This document shows positions 30,827-41,429 of a stretch of DNA of 64,000 nucleotides, piece by piece. Positions within the stretch are counted from its first letter, which is position 1. Every line of letters begins with the position of its first letter. This stretch comes from Burkholderiales bacterium PBB2 (lineage in GTDB: Bacteria > Pseudomonadota > Gammaproteobacteria > Burkholderiales > Burkholderiaceae_C): NCBI GenBank assembly GCA_002255955.1, contig NKIM01000006.1, positions 84,537 through 148,536 on the forward strand, given 5' to 3'. Made by a program: the position numbers and the translations under genes. The notes under the pieces were generated by a model. It saw nothing but the letters and a program-made list of their open reading frames with translations. It was not told the origin of the DNA and did no database searches.

Positions 30827-31684
30827 ATGAAGCTTTGCGGTTTTGAGGTCGGCATCGACCGACCTTTCTTCCTGATCGCCGGCACCTGCTCGATCGAGGG
30901 CCTGGAAATGTCGCTCGAAGTGGCTGGTCAGCTCAAGGAAGCCTGCACGGCTCTGGGCATTCCGCTGATTTACAAGGGTTCCTTCGACAAGGCCAACCGC
31001 TCCTCGGGTTCGACCAAGCGCGGCGTCGGCATCGATGCCGGCCTGAAGATCCTCGATGAAGTGCGCCGCCAGCTGCAGCTGCCCATCATCACCGACGTGC
31101 ACGATGAATCGCAGGTGGCCGAGGTCGCCAGCGTCGTCGACGTGCTGCAGACCCCGGCCTTCCTCTGCCGCCAGACGGATTTCATCCGCGCGGTGGCCAA
31201 GTCGGGCAAGCCGGTCAATATCAAGAAAGGCCAGTTCCTGGCCCCTTGGGACATGAAGAACGTCATCGACAAGGCCCGCGACGCCGCGCGCGAAGCCGGC
31301 TTGTCGGAAGACCGCTTCCTGGCCTGCGAACGCGGCGTGAGTTTCGGCTACAACAACCTCGTCGCCGACATGAGCAGCCTGGCCGAGATGCGCAAGACCG
31401 GCGCGCCGGTGGTGTTCGATGTGACCCACTCGGTGCAGAAGCCCGGTGGCCAAGGCACCAGCAGCGGCGGCGCCCGCGAGATGGTGCCGGTGCTGGCCCG
31501 CGCCGGCGTGGCCGCGGGTGTGGCCGGCCTCTTCATGGAAACCCATCCGCGCCCGGCCGAGGCCTGGTCGGACGGCCCCAATGCCGTGCCCCTGCAGCGC
31601 ATGCGCGCCTTGCTGGAACAGCTGGTGGCTCTGGACCGCGTGGTCAAGAGCCAGCCCCTGCTCGAGAACGACTTCTCGGCCTGA
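30827..31684 (+). CDS. kdsA: 3-deoxy-8-phosphooctulonate synthase
   Basis: FFLIAG.CSIE...[11 protein letters not shown]...DVTHSVQ.PGG. Confidence 0.95.
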   Translation: MKLCGFEVGIDRPFFLIAGTCSIEGLEMSLEVAGQLKEACTALGIPLIYKGSFDKANRSSGSTKRGVGIDAGLKILDEVRRQLQLPIITDVHDESQVAEVASVVDVLQTPAFLCRQTDFIRAVAKSGKPVNIKKGQFLAPWDMKNVIDKARDAAREAGLSEDRFLACERGVSFGYNNLVADMSSLAEMRKTGAPVVFDVTHSVQKPGGQGTSSGGAREMVPVLARAGVAAGVAGLFMETHPRPAEAWSDGPNAVPLQRMRALLEQLVALDRVVKSQPLLENDFSA

Positions 31685-31797
31685 ATTGGATCGCCCGCCT
31701 TGGCGGTCGGACCCCGTGCAAGATTGTTCAGCGCCGGTAACTGCCAGCTGGCAAGATGCGCGCCGAACCCGAATTTTTGACCTTTTGGAGAGCTTGA

Positions 31798-33084
<1,287 letters not shown>

Positions 33085-33123
33085 TGCGGGTTGCCACTCT
33101 GTCTTGAGTGGCCCTGATCTGCC

Positions 33124-33160
33124 AACGCCGCCCGACCCTCCGGTCCGGCGGCGTTTTTTA
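33124..33160 (+). terminator. Rho-independent terminator after eno
   Basis: AACGCCGCC...GGCGGCGTT followed by TTTTATT. Confidence 0.8.
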
Positions 33161-33189
33161 TTGCCGCGCGGCTCGGCTAAACTGCGCGC

Positions 33190-33459
33190 GTGAAAACACT
33201 TGGCGTCATCCTCGCGGCCTTCTTGCTGCTGATCCAGTACCAGCTCTGGCTGGGCAAGGGCAGCCTGCCTCGCGGCGTGCAGCTGCGCGCCGAGCTGGCC
33301 CAGGCGCAGCAGGCCAATGAACAGGCCCGCGCCCGCAATGCCCAGCTCGAAGCCGAGCTGCGCGATCTGCGCGAAGGCCTGGAGATGGTCGAAGAAAAAG
33401 CGCGCTTCGAGCTCGGCATGATCAAGCCCGACGAGATCTACGTGCAGGTGCGCCGCTGA
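33190..33459 (+). CDS. ftsB: Cell division protein FtsB
   Basis: GTG start. N-terminal TM, then coiled coil, with EEKARFELGMIKPDE typical of FtsB. Follows eno, as in many proteobacteria. Confidence 0.85.
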   Translation: MKTLGVILAAFLLLIQYQLWLGKGSLPRGVQLRAELAQAQQANEQARARNAQLEAELRDLREGLEMVEEKARFELGMIKPDEIYVQVRR

Positions 33460-33541
33460 GCGCCGCCGCGCTGACAGCCTTGCCCCGCCCGGCCCTGCCC
33501 TGCCCTGACCCCACCCCCGATTCGAGGACACGCCGTTCCGC

Positions 33542-34204
33542 ATGGACGCTTTGCTGCTGCAACTGCAACCCCTGTTTGCCCCGGCCTTCGAGTTGCTGGG
33601 CAGCCCCATCACCTGGACCGAGTTGATCGCCTTTGTGCTGGCCTTGTGGATGGTGGTCTGCAATATGCGTGTGCACGCCCTGGCCTGGCCGCTGGCCATC
33701 CTCAGCTCGCTGCTGTATTTCCTGCTGTTCTGGAGCGGCAAGCTGTACGGTGAAGCCAGCTTGCAGCTGCTGTTTGTGAGCCTCTCGCTCTGGGGCTGGT
33801 GGCAATGGCTGCGTGGCAAAGGCGATGATGGCCAGGCCCTGCGCGTGCGTCGCCTGAGCACCGGGGGCCTGTGGGCCTCGCTGCTTGCCACCCTGCTGGC
33901 CTGGCCGCTGCTGGGCCTGTTTCTGCAGCACCAGACCGATTCACCGGTGCCCTTCTGGGATGCCTTCCCTACCGTGGCCAGCCTGCTCGGCCAGTGGTTG
34001 CTGGCGCGTAAGTACCAGGAGAACTGGGGCGTCTGGGTGCTGGTCAATGGTGTCAGCGTCGCCTTGTTCGCCTACAAGGGCTATTGGCTGACCGTGCTGC
34101 TCTACGCGGTCTTCATCCCCATGTCGGTGGCCGGCTGGCGCGCCTGGGCGCAGCAGCTCAAGCTCAGCCACGCGAGCGGCGGTTCCCGCCAGGCACTGGC
34201 TTGA
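33542..34204 (+). CDS. pnuC: Nicotinamide riboside transporter PnuC
   Basis: Seven hydrophobic segments. Motifs W..VCN...H.LAWP and GWWQW are typical of PnuC. Confidence 0.82.
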   Translation: MDALLLQLQPLFAPAFELLGSPITWTELIAFVLALWMVVCNMRVHALAWPLAILSSLLYFLLFWSGKLYGEASLQLLFVSLSLWGWWQWLRGKGDDGQALRVRRLSTGGLWASLLATLLAWPLLGLFLQHQTDSPVPFWDAFPTVASLLGQWLLARKYQENWGVWVLVNGVSVALFAYKGYWLTVLLYAVFIPMSVAGWRAWAQQLKLSHASGGSRQALA

Positions 34205-34226
34205 TGAAGACCTGGCAGACCCAGCC

Positions 34227-34901
34227 GTGCCCGGCCTGCTGATCGCCATCGTCGGTGCGGAGAGCACCGGCAAATCGACCCTGGCCCAAGGCCTTCAGCA
34301 GCGCTTGAGCGAGGCCACTGGCCTGCGCTGCGCCTGGGCGCCCGAGCTGCTGCGCGAATGGTGCGATCGTGCCGGCCGCACACCGCGCCCCGAAGAACAG
34401 GCCGCCATCGCCGCTGCCCAGGCGGCGCGCTGCGAGGACCTGGCGCTCAGCGCCGATCTGGTGCTCTGCGACACCACGCCCCTGATGACAGCGGTCTACA
34501 GCGAGCTGCTGTTTGACGACCGCTCCTTGCTGGATACCGGCCTGGCTTTCCACCGCCGCTGCGCCCTGACCTTGCTGACCGCGCTGGACCTACCCTGGGT
34601 GGCGGACGGCCTGCAACGCGACGGCGCCCATGTGCGGGCGCCGGTGGATGCGGCCATGCGGCGAGCGCTGATGGGCGCGGGCCTCGGTTGGTCGGTGGTG
34701 GCCGGCAGCGGCGCGCAGCGCCTGGAGGCCGCCCTCAATGCCATCACGCCCTTGCTGCTGGCCCGAAAGACCGCGCCCCTGCCGGCAACGGGCCTGTTCA
34801 GCCGCCTGCAGGCCCGCCAGGACGCCCTGCCCGAGTGGCGCTGGGCCTGCGACAACTGCGATGTACCCGAGTGCGAGCACCTCTTGACCCGGCGCCGCTG
34901 A
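34227..34901 (+). CDS. P-loop ATPase resembling the NadR ribosylnicotinamide-kinase domain
   Basis: GTG start. Walker A GAESTGKSTL. Size and the pnuC adjacency fit a NadR-RNK-like kinase. Cys-rich C-terminal tail. Confidence 0.6.
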   Translation: MPGLLIAIVGAESTGKSTLAQGLQQRLSEATGLRCAWAPELLREWCDRAGRTPRPEEQAAIAAAQAARCEDLALSADLVLCDTTPLMTAVYSELLFDDRSLLDTGLAFHRRCALTLLTALDLPWVADGLQRDGAHVRAPVDAAMRRALMGAGLGWSVVAGSGAQRLEAALNAITPLLLARKTAPLPATGLFSRLQARQDALPEWRWACDNCDVPECEHLLTRRR

Positions 34902-34917
34902 ACGCGCCCGGCCCAGC

Positions 34918-35991
34918 TCACTGACCGAGGCAGAGGCCCAGCCCCCGGGCTGCTTGCAGCAAGGGGTGATCCAGGGGCACGAGGCGGTTGCGCCCCGCCA
35001 CTTCGGCCAGGGCCACGCTGGTGAACTCCGCCCCTTGCAAGGCCACCATGCGGCCGAAGCGGCCCTCGCGCACCAGCTGGGCCGCGGCCCAGCCAAACTG
35101 TGTGGCCAGCACGCGATCAAAGGCCGTGGGCGTGCCACCGCGCTGCACATGGCCGAGCAAGGTCGAGCGCACCTCCACCTCGCTGTGCTCACCCAAAGCC
35201 TGCTGCAGTTGCTGGGCCAGCAGCGCACCAATGCCGCCCAGGCGCACCGGGTCCGGGCTGTCGGCCAACAGGGCGCGCACCACCTGGCTTTGTGCCTGGG
35301 CATGCGCCCCTTCGGCCACGCAAATCAAGGCATGGCCGCCGCCCTCTGTCCGGCGTCGGCAATGCTCGATCACGGCCTCCAGCCGGTAGGGCAGCTCGGG
35401 CAGCAGGATGGCATCCGCCCCACCGGCCAATCCCCCTTCCAGCGCAATCCAGCCGGCATGCCGGCCCATGGTTTCGGCAATCATGACCCGACCATGGCTG
35501 CGCGCCGTGGTTTCCAGCCGGTCAAGCGCCTCAGACACCACGGCCACGGCGCTGTCGAAGCCGAAGCTGCGTTCGGTCAGGTAGAGGTCGTTGTCGATGG
35601 TCTTGGGCACCCCCACCACCGGCAGGCCCAAACGGCTGAATTGCTCGGCAATCGCCATGGTGCCGTCGCCGCCGATAGCCACCAACGCGTCAATACCTTG
35701 GGCCCGCACGAAATCGAGCACACGGGCAGAAACATCCGCCCCGCCCTCGGCAAAGTAGTGGAAAGGATCACAGCGGTTGTGCGTGCCGAGGATGGTGCCG
35801 CCATGGGCCAGGATGTCCCGCACATCGGCCAGAGCCAAGGGCCGCAGGCGCTGCTCGATCAGACCGAGGAAGCCGCGCTCCACGCCGCTGACACGCGCCC
35901 CGCACTGCTGAATCAGGGCCAGGCTGACGGCACGGATCACCGCATTGAGGCCGGGGCAGTCGCCGCCGCCGGTGAGGATGGCTATGTGCAT
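34918..35991 (-). CDS. pfk: 6-phosphofructokinase (PfkA family; Gly at the E. coli 104 position, Lys at the 124 position)
   Basis: MHIAILTGGGDCPGLNAVIR, IGGDGT, PKTIDNDL and MGRHAG motifs. Confidence 0.9.
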   Translation of the reverse strand: MHIAILTGGGDCPGLNAVIRAVSLALIQQCGARVSGVERGFLGLIEQRLRPLALADVRDILAHGGTILGTHNRCDPFHYFAEGGADVSARVLDFVRAQGIDALVAIGGDGTMAIAEQFSRLGLPVVGVPKTIDNDLYLTERSFGFDSAVAVVSEALDRLETTARSHGRVMIAETMGRHAGWIALEGGLAGGADAILLPELPYRLEAVIEHCRRRTEGGGHALICVAEGAHAQAQSQVVRALLADSPDPVRLGGIGALLAQQLQQALGEHSEVEVRSTLLGHVQRGGTPTAFDRVLATQFGWAAAQLVREGRFGRMVALQGAEFTSVALAEVAGRNRLVPLDHPLLQAARGLGLCLGQ

Positions 35992-36032
35992 GGAAGGGCT
36001 GCAAAGGTCGTCGTGATCGCGGCGATTATGGG

Positions 36033-39000
36033 TCAGCGCGCCAGCAGGAAATACTCGAACAGCTGGGCGCCACCCGCCCCACCCAAGGGCACCAAGAGGG
36101 CCTTGACCAAGGGCTGCTCAAAAATCGGCGCCAGCGCACCGCCGCGCTCCTCCTGCACCGAAGCCATCAGCCGCTTGAAGGGCTCGATCAGCTTGCGCTG
36201 CTCCTCGTCACCCCCCATCAACCAGCGCAGATCGGCCTCCATGCGGCGCAAGGCCCGGCTGCGCGCCTGTTCGGCCGCCTGCTTGAGCAGCACGGCGAGG
36301 GCCAGCAGACCCAGCAGGTAGGCACTGGCAGCCATGGCCACCGGCAGGGTCAGCGACCAGTTGTCGAACAAGCGGCTGCGCCCGACGATCAAGAGCGCCA
36401 GTACCACGAAGGGCCCCATCACCAAGGGCCCGATGCGCGCGCTGCGCCGCACGACGATTTGCACATCGATCCAGTCGTCCAGCAGGCTGTGGCGGCGCAG
36501 TTCGGGTGGCGCCACGGCGCGCTGGGCCGGATCGGCGGCGATGGGGCGCAGCCACAGTGCCTCATGCGCGCTGCCCAGGCTGGCGGCGAAATGCGCCAGC
36601 GTGCTCGCCGGGTAGACCGTGCGCGCGGCCGTGAGCAAGCGGATGAATCGGCAGGCCAGCATGGTGGCGTCACCCACCGCCACCACCAGCAGCGGCAGCA
36701 GCACCAGAATGGCATCGAGCGTGAAGCGGATCAGGGCGCGATGGTCCTCGCCGCGCACCGGCACCGCCGGCCCCGCACCGTCACTGAACCCGAAAAACAA
36801 GCCCAACACCACGGCCAGGGTCAAGCCATAGCCGAGCAGGATGCGCAGCGCCCGCGGCACGCGGCTGCCGCGCCGGCGGTACTGATGCCAAAGAATGCGA
36901 AAGTCCACGCTCGGGCCCGCCAAGGCATGCCAGCCCGCCACACTCAAGTGCCGAGACCAGATCCGGCGCGTGAAGCGCAGGCTGCGCTCGCCCTCCACCA
37001 GGCGGGCGCGCTTGCGTACCCGCATGGGCAGACGCAACCAGTGGCTCTCCTCGTCCATGCCCAGCGTGCTGCGCGACCAGGTGGCGTCCAAGGTATCCAC
37101 GATGGCCAGCAAGGCCAGCAGATGAATCAGCTGCGAGGGCCAAGCACTGATGCCCTCCAGCCAGGCCAGGGGCTCACAGTCCTGACAGGGCTTGGGGCTG
37201 GCCTGTTGCAGCGCGAGCGCCCACAGCAGCAGCAAACCCAGCCAACACAGGCCGCGCAGGATGCGTCGCGCCGTGGGCGCCATGGCCTTGGCGCTGCTGC
37301 GCCCGAAACGGTGCTCGGGCGTCAGCGACAAAAGCAGCAGCACGGTGCTGCCCAAGCTCAGGCCCAGCATGCCAGGCGCAAAGCTCAGGCGCCCGGGCCA
37401 GAGCATCTCACCCAGCGTGACCAGTGTGAAGAAGAACAACCAGGCATACAGCGCGACAAAACCCAACTCGGGCAGAGACATGCAGGGCGCCCCCGCATCC
37501 GGGGCCTGCGCGACGCCACGCATCGCGCCCGCTTCAGCCCAGCGCCGTTTGAGCGCACGCAACACGGGGGTGCCCGGCCAGACCAGCAGACCCAGCAGCA
37601 TCAGCACCGGCACGGCCACGGCGGCCAAGCGCACCGAATACGGCTTGCTCGGCGGACGACGCTCAAAGGCATAACCACTCAAAGCCACGGCACCGCTGCG
37701 GCCCACCTCATAGATGGAAGGAAGATCCAGCGCCTCCTCGGCCGCGCACGCCTCCAGGGCGCGGCAGCCCTTGCTGCGGCAGCCGGCATGTCGGGCCGCG
37801 AGATAGACCGAGGACTGGTAGACATCACGCCAAGGCGGATTGCCTGCCGCCAGATCAGGCGCTGGCAAACCGACCCGTTGGGCCACCGACTGGCAGCGCG
37901 CAGAGGCTTGGCGCGGAAACTCCAAAGGCAGGCTGGAGGCCACCAGCAAATTGCGGGTGAAGGTCTGGGTACGTGGATGAAGAAAGCGTGCATCCATGTC
38001 GGTGGTGAAAAACACCTTGTCGGCAAAGCTCTCGTGCAAGGCCTGGAGCAGCAGGAGCTTGTCATGCACATCGCTGGCCATCAGGCCGATGGCACCGATG
38101 GGCAAGGCGCCCACCTTGGCCTCGCTGCGCTGCAGCTGCTGGGCCAAGCGACGCAGGTAATCGAGCTGATCGCGCGCTTCGGGCCATTCGATGCGTGCCT
38201 GTGCATCGCCCTTGCCAGCACCGGCCCGCGCCTCTTCTCGACCGGCATCTCGCGTGGTGACGCCGTCCAGGCCGCGGAAAAAATAAAGCTCTTCCAGCTG
38301 CAGCGCCGGATTCTGTGAGAGCTTGGCGCGCAACTGGCCAACCAGAGCCTGGGCGTACAGCGAATCCCGCTCGCCAATCAAGACCACCCGCTGCGGCGAC
38401 TTCTCAGTGGCCGCCAAGCGCAAGCCCAGCTCGCCCGTCAGCTGGGCCAGCAGTTCCTTGTCGCTGCTGATCTTGCGGATCAAGCGCACCGGGGGATCCT
38501 GGCGCCCGCCTTGCAAGCGACAAAAGCGCCAAGCCACATAGTCCTCCAGGCTGCTGCCGTCCAGCTCACTGAGCATGGCATCACTGGCGGTCGAGAAAGG
38601 GCTCAGGAGCAAGGCACGGGAGAGGTGCCAGTAACCATCAAGCCAGGGCTGCTGGGGGTCGGGTTTCCGAGCCAGCGGGCGTTGGCCCGCAGGTCCGACG
38701 CAATGCTCGCGAGAGGCTCGGCCGGGCCCCAGGCGCCAGGCGGCACTGCGCAGATCGGCAAGAGCCACACGCAGCGCATCGGTGGTGGACGGGCCGATCA
38801 AGGCCAGTTGCGGCGGCGCCAGATCGGCAGCGACCCAGGGCTCGAACAAGGTGTGCAGCACCAAGGCCAGAGAATCCAGCTTGCGCGAAGGCAAGGCCGT
38901 CTCGTCGACCCAGAGCAGGGCTACCTGCTTGTAGCGAGAGGCCCCGGCGATGTCGGCCACATCGGAGGCGGCTTGCGAAGGACGTGCCGGCGAAGACGTG

Positions 39001-39602
39001 GCCACAGCCGCACTCAGCGCACTGGCGGACAGCAGTTCGTAGGGCACCAACAGGCCCGGTCGGGCGCCGTCGCCAGCCGGGGCGGTCTCAGGGCTGAGCT
39101 TGGCGCCTTCGAGCTGCAGCAAGCCCAGGCGCTCGGCGTTGTCCGGCACATAACCCTTGGCCTGCAGACCGGCCAACACGGCATAACGGGTGCGCCGCCG
39201 ACCTTCTTCGGCGCCGACAAAGGCATTGCCGGGCACCAGCACCACCAGAACCAGGGTTTCCTTGGAATCCAGCTCATCGTCGCCCACCAACCGGCGCGAC
39301 AGCTCGCTGGGCGTGCGCAAGCTCGCCACCGACTTGAGCTTGCAATCGGTGGCCTTGGCCGCGTCCTTGTAGAGCTTGTCGCAGCGCTCCAGGCGCTCGG
39401 ACTCGTGGCGGCGCACGGCCACAAAGGGGTCTTCCCAGAGCCGGGCCTCGACCTCGAGATCGGCCGCCGTCACGGCTTGCGCCCGCTCCTTTTCGGCCGG
39501 GCGCAGCTGGTCAAACGCATGAGGCACCAGCTGAGTGCTGGTGATGAAGGCGACCAGCACCGCCAAGCTGGTCCAGGGAAATCCACCGCCCTTGTTGTCC
39601 AT
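36033..39602 (-). CDS. Large uncharacterised polytopic membrane protein (~1190 aa): signal-anchor, ~630 aa soluble region, then ~9 TM segments and a C-terminal helical tail
   Basis: Uninterrupted ORF (the track extends it to 39653). High GC3 in this frame. The ATG at 39600-39602 is preceded by GAAAGGGCGAGG. No family recognised by eye. Confidence 0.8.
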   Translation of the reverse strand: MDNKGGGFPWTSLAVLVAFITSTQLVPHAFDQLRPAEKERAQAVTAADLEVEARLWEDPFVAVRRHESERLERCDKLYKDAAKATDCKLKSVASLRTPSELSRRLVGDDELDSKETLVLVVLVPGNAFVGAEEGRRRTRYAVLAGLQAKGYVPDNAERLGLLQLEGAKLSPETAPAGDGARPGLLVPYELLSASALSAAVATSSPARPSQAASDVADIAGASRYKQVALLWVDETALPSRKLDSLALVLHTLFEPWVAADLAPPQLALIGPSTTDALRVALADLRSAAWRLGPGRASREHCVGPAGQRPLARKPDPQQPWLDGYWHLSRALLLSPFSTASDAMLSELDGSSLEDYVAWRFCRLQGGRQDPPVRLIRKISSDKELLAQLTGELGLRLAATEKSPQRVVLIGERDSLYAQALVGQLRAKLSQNPALQLEELYFFRGLDGVTTRDAGREEARAGAGKGDAQARIEWPEARDQLDYLRRLAQQLQRSEAKVGALPIGAIGLMASDVHDKLLLLQALHESFADKVFFTTDMDARFLHPRTQTFTRNLLVASSLPLEFPRQASARCQSVAQRVGLPAPDLAAGNPPWRDVYQSSVYLAARHAGCRSKGCRALEACAAEEALDLPSIYEVGRSGAVALSGYAFERRPPSKPYSVRLAAVAVPVLMLLGLLVWPGTPVLRALKRRWAEAGAMRGVAQAPDAGAPCMSLPELGFVALYAWLFFFTLVTLGEMLWPGRLSFAPGMLGLSLGSTVLLLLSLTPEHRFGRSSAKAMAPTARRILRGLCWLGLLLLWALALQQASPKPCQDCEPLAWLEGISAWPSQLIHLLALLAIVDTLDATWSRSTLGMDEESHWLRLPMRVRKRARLVEGERSLRFTRRIWSRHLSVAGWHALAGPSVDFRILWHQYRRRGSRVPRALRILLGYGLTLAVVLGLFFGFSDGAGPAVPVRGEDHRALIRFTLDAILVLLPLLVVAVGDATMLACRFIRLLTAARTVYPASTLAHFAASLGSAHEALWLRPIAADPAQRAVAPPELRRHSLLDDWIDVQIVVRRSARIGPLVMGPFVVLALLIVGRSRLFDNWSLTLPVAMAASAYLLGLLALAVLLKQAAEQARSRALRRMEADLRWLMGGDEEQRKLIEPFKRLMASVQEERGGALAPIFEQPLVKALLVPLGGAGGAQLFEYFLLAR

Positions 39603-39781
39603 CCTCGCCCTTTCAGGCCGCCAACGGCCTTGCAGCCGCTTGCAGCGCGGCATCAGAGGACAAGGTCGAGGATCAGGGCGGGAGCGTCAATCCCTCAGGT
39701 TTTATTGCCACGGTGGCGCAGCGGCCACGCCACGCCAACGTGGCGCCAGGACGGCCGGGCATGCATGCATGCAGCCCTTGG

Positions 39782-40750
39782 TCATTGCACCGTACCGCTG
39801 CCCCCGGCTTGTGCGAGGTCCTGGGCAAAGATCTGGCCCACATCGACCGCGTCGAAGTGGTACTGCAGGCCGCAGAACTCGCAGCCGATCTCGACATTGC
39901 CGCGCTCGGCCAGCACGTCTTCGACTTCGTCGCGGCCCAGGCCCTTGAGCATCTGGCTGACGCGCTCGCGCGAGCAGTTGCAGGCGAAACGCGGCGCCAG
40001 CGGCTCGAAGCGGCGCACGCTTTCTTCCCAGAACAGGCGACGCAGAATGGTCTCGGCATCCAGGCCCAGCAGCTCATCGCGGGTCAGGGTGGAAGCCAGC
40101 ATGCTGATGCGGTTGAAGGCGTCGGACAGGCCGATCTCGTCCTCGTTGCGCAGGGTGGCGCCCTGCCCTTCCAGATTGGCCTCACCCTCGACCGGCAGGC
40201 GCTGGATCAAGAGACCGGCGGCGATCTCGTCGTTGGCGAACAGCACCAGTTTCGTGTCCAGCTGCTCGGACTGCAGCATGTAGTGCTCCAGCACCTCCGA
40301 AAGCTTTTGCAGCGGCTCGCGCTGGTCACCGTGCAGCGGCACCACGCCCTGGTAGGGCTGCTGGCCGGGGAACTTGTCCTTGGGATCCAGGGTGATGGCG
40401 CAGCGGCCCTGGCCATGAACATTGAGCATGGCTTCGAGCTGGGCGCCCTCGGGCACCTCTCCGACCAGCTTGGCCGTGGCGCGGAAGCTCAGGTCGGGCT
40501 GCACCTCGGCCACGGCCAGCTTGACCGGGCCGTCGCCAAACACCTGCAGCACCAAGGCACCGTTGAACTTGATGTTGGACTGCATCAGCACGGCCGCGGC
40601 CGACATCTCGCCCAGCAGGGCGCGCAGTTCGGGCGGGTGGGCGCCCACCGCCTCGCGTCGCTTCAGCACCTCTTGCCAGCTGCCGGTCAGGCGCACCAGC
40701 ATGCCGCGCACGGGCAGGCCTTCGAACAGGAATTTATGCAGTTCACTCAT
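39782..40750 (-). CDS. hslO: Redox-regulated chaperone Hsp33
   Basis: C-terminal zinc centre CNCSRERV...CEFCG. N-terminal LVRL..SW pattern. Confidence 0.92.
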   Translation of the reverse strand: MSELHKFLFEGLPVRGMLVRLTGSWQEVLKRREAVGAHPPELRALLGEMSAAAVLMQSNIKFNGALVLQVFGDGPVKLAVAEVQPDLSFRATAKLVGEVPEGAQLEAMLNVHGQGRCAITLDPKDKFPGQQPYQGVVPLHGDQREPLQKLSEVLEHYMLQSEQLDTKLVLFANDEIAAGLLIQRLPVEGEANLEGQGATLRNEDEIGLSDAFNRISMLASTLTRDELLGLDAETILRRLFWEESVRRFEPLAPRFACNCSRERVSQMLKGLGRDEVEDVLAERGNVEIGCEFCGLQYHFDAVDVGQIFAQDLAQAGGSGTVQ

Positions 40751-41304
40751 GGTTTGGCTTTGGAATTCTGGGGATAGTCGCCGCTGATGTCTTGCAAGCC
40801 GCTGGCGTAACGCTGGCCATTGGCGATGTAGTGGCGGGCGCTGGCACGCAGGCCTTCGATCTGCGCGGGCGTCAGCTCACGCACGACCTTGGCCGGGCTG
40901 CCCACGATCAGGCTGCCGTCCGGGAACGCTTTGCCCTCGGTCACCAGTGCACCGGCGCCGACGATGCTGTCGCGGCCGATGCGGGCACCGTTGAGGACCA
41001 CGGCGCCAATGCCGATCAAGGAGTTCTCGCCCACCGTGCAGCCATGCAGCATCACCTGGTGGCCGACCGTCACGCCGGCCTCCAGACGCAGCGGAAAGCC
41101 ATGGTCGGCATGCAGCACGGAGCCGTCCTGGATATTGCAGCCGGGGCCGATGTGCAGGTGTTCGCTGTCACCGCGCAGCACGGCGTTGAACCAAATGCTG
41201 ACGTCTTCGTCGAGATGCACCCGGCCGATGACCTGAGCGCTGTCGGCCACCCAGGCGCTGGCGGCGACTTCGGGCCGGTGTTCGTCCAACTGGAATATCG
41301 CCAT
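40747..41304 (-). CDS. Gamma-carbonic-anhydrase-like hexapeptide-repeat protein (YrdA/PaaY type)
   Basis: Trimmed to [13 protein letters not shown]...WFNAVLRGD...I.IG...[13 protein letters not shown] overlap with hslO. Confidence 0.88.
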   Translation of the reverse strand: MAIFQLDEHRPEVAASAWVADSAQVIGRVHLDEDVSIWFNAVLRGDSEHLHIGPGCNIQDGSVLHADHGFPLRLEAGVTVGHQVMLHGCTVGENSLIGIGAVVLNGARIGRDSIVGAGALVTEGKAFPDGSLIVGSPAKVVRELTPAQIEGLRASARHYIANGQRYASGLQDISGDYPQNSKAKP

Positions 41305-41429
41305 CTCGTGCTCCCGGACGGCTTCTGGCCGCGGCAAAACCCGTTATTTTAAGCGGGCCGCTCGGCGGCACGGCGCGACCGGGGCTTTGCCGGCCTGAAC
41401 CTGGCAAGCCCTGGCGGGATAATTGGGCC

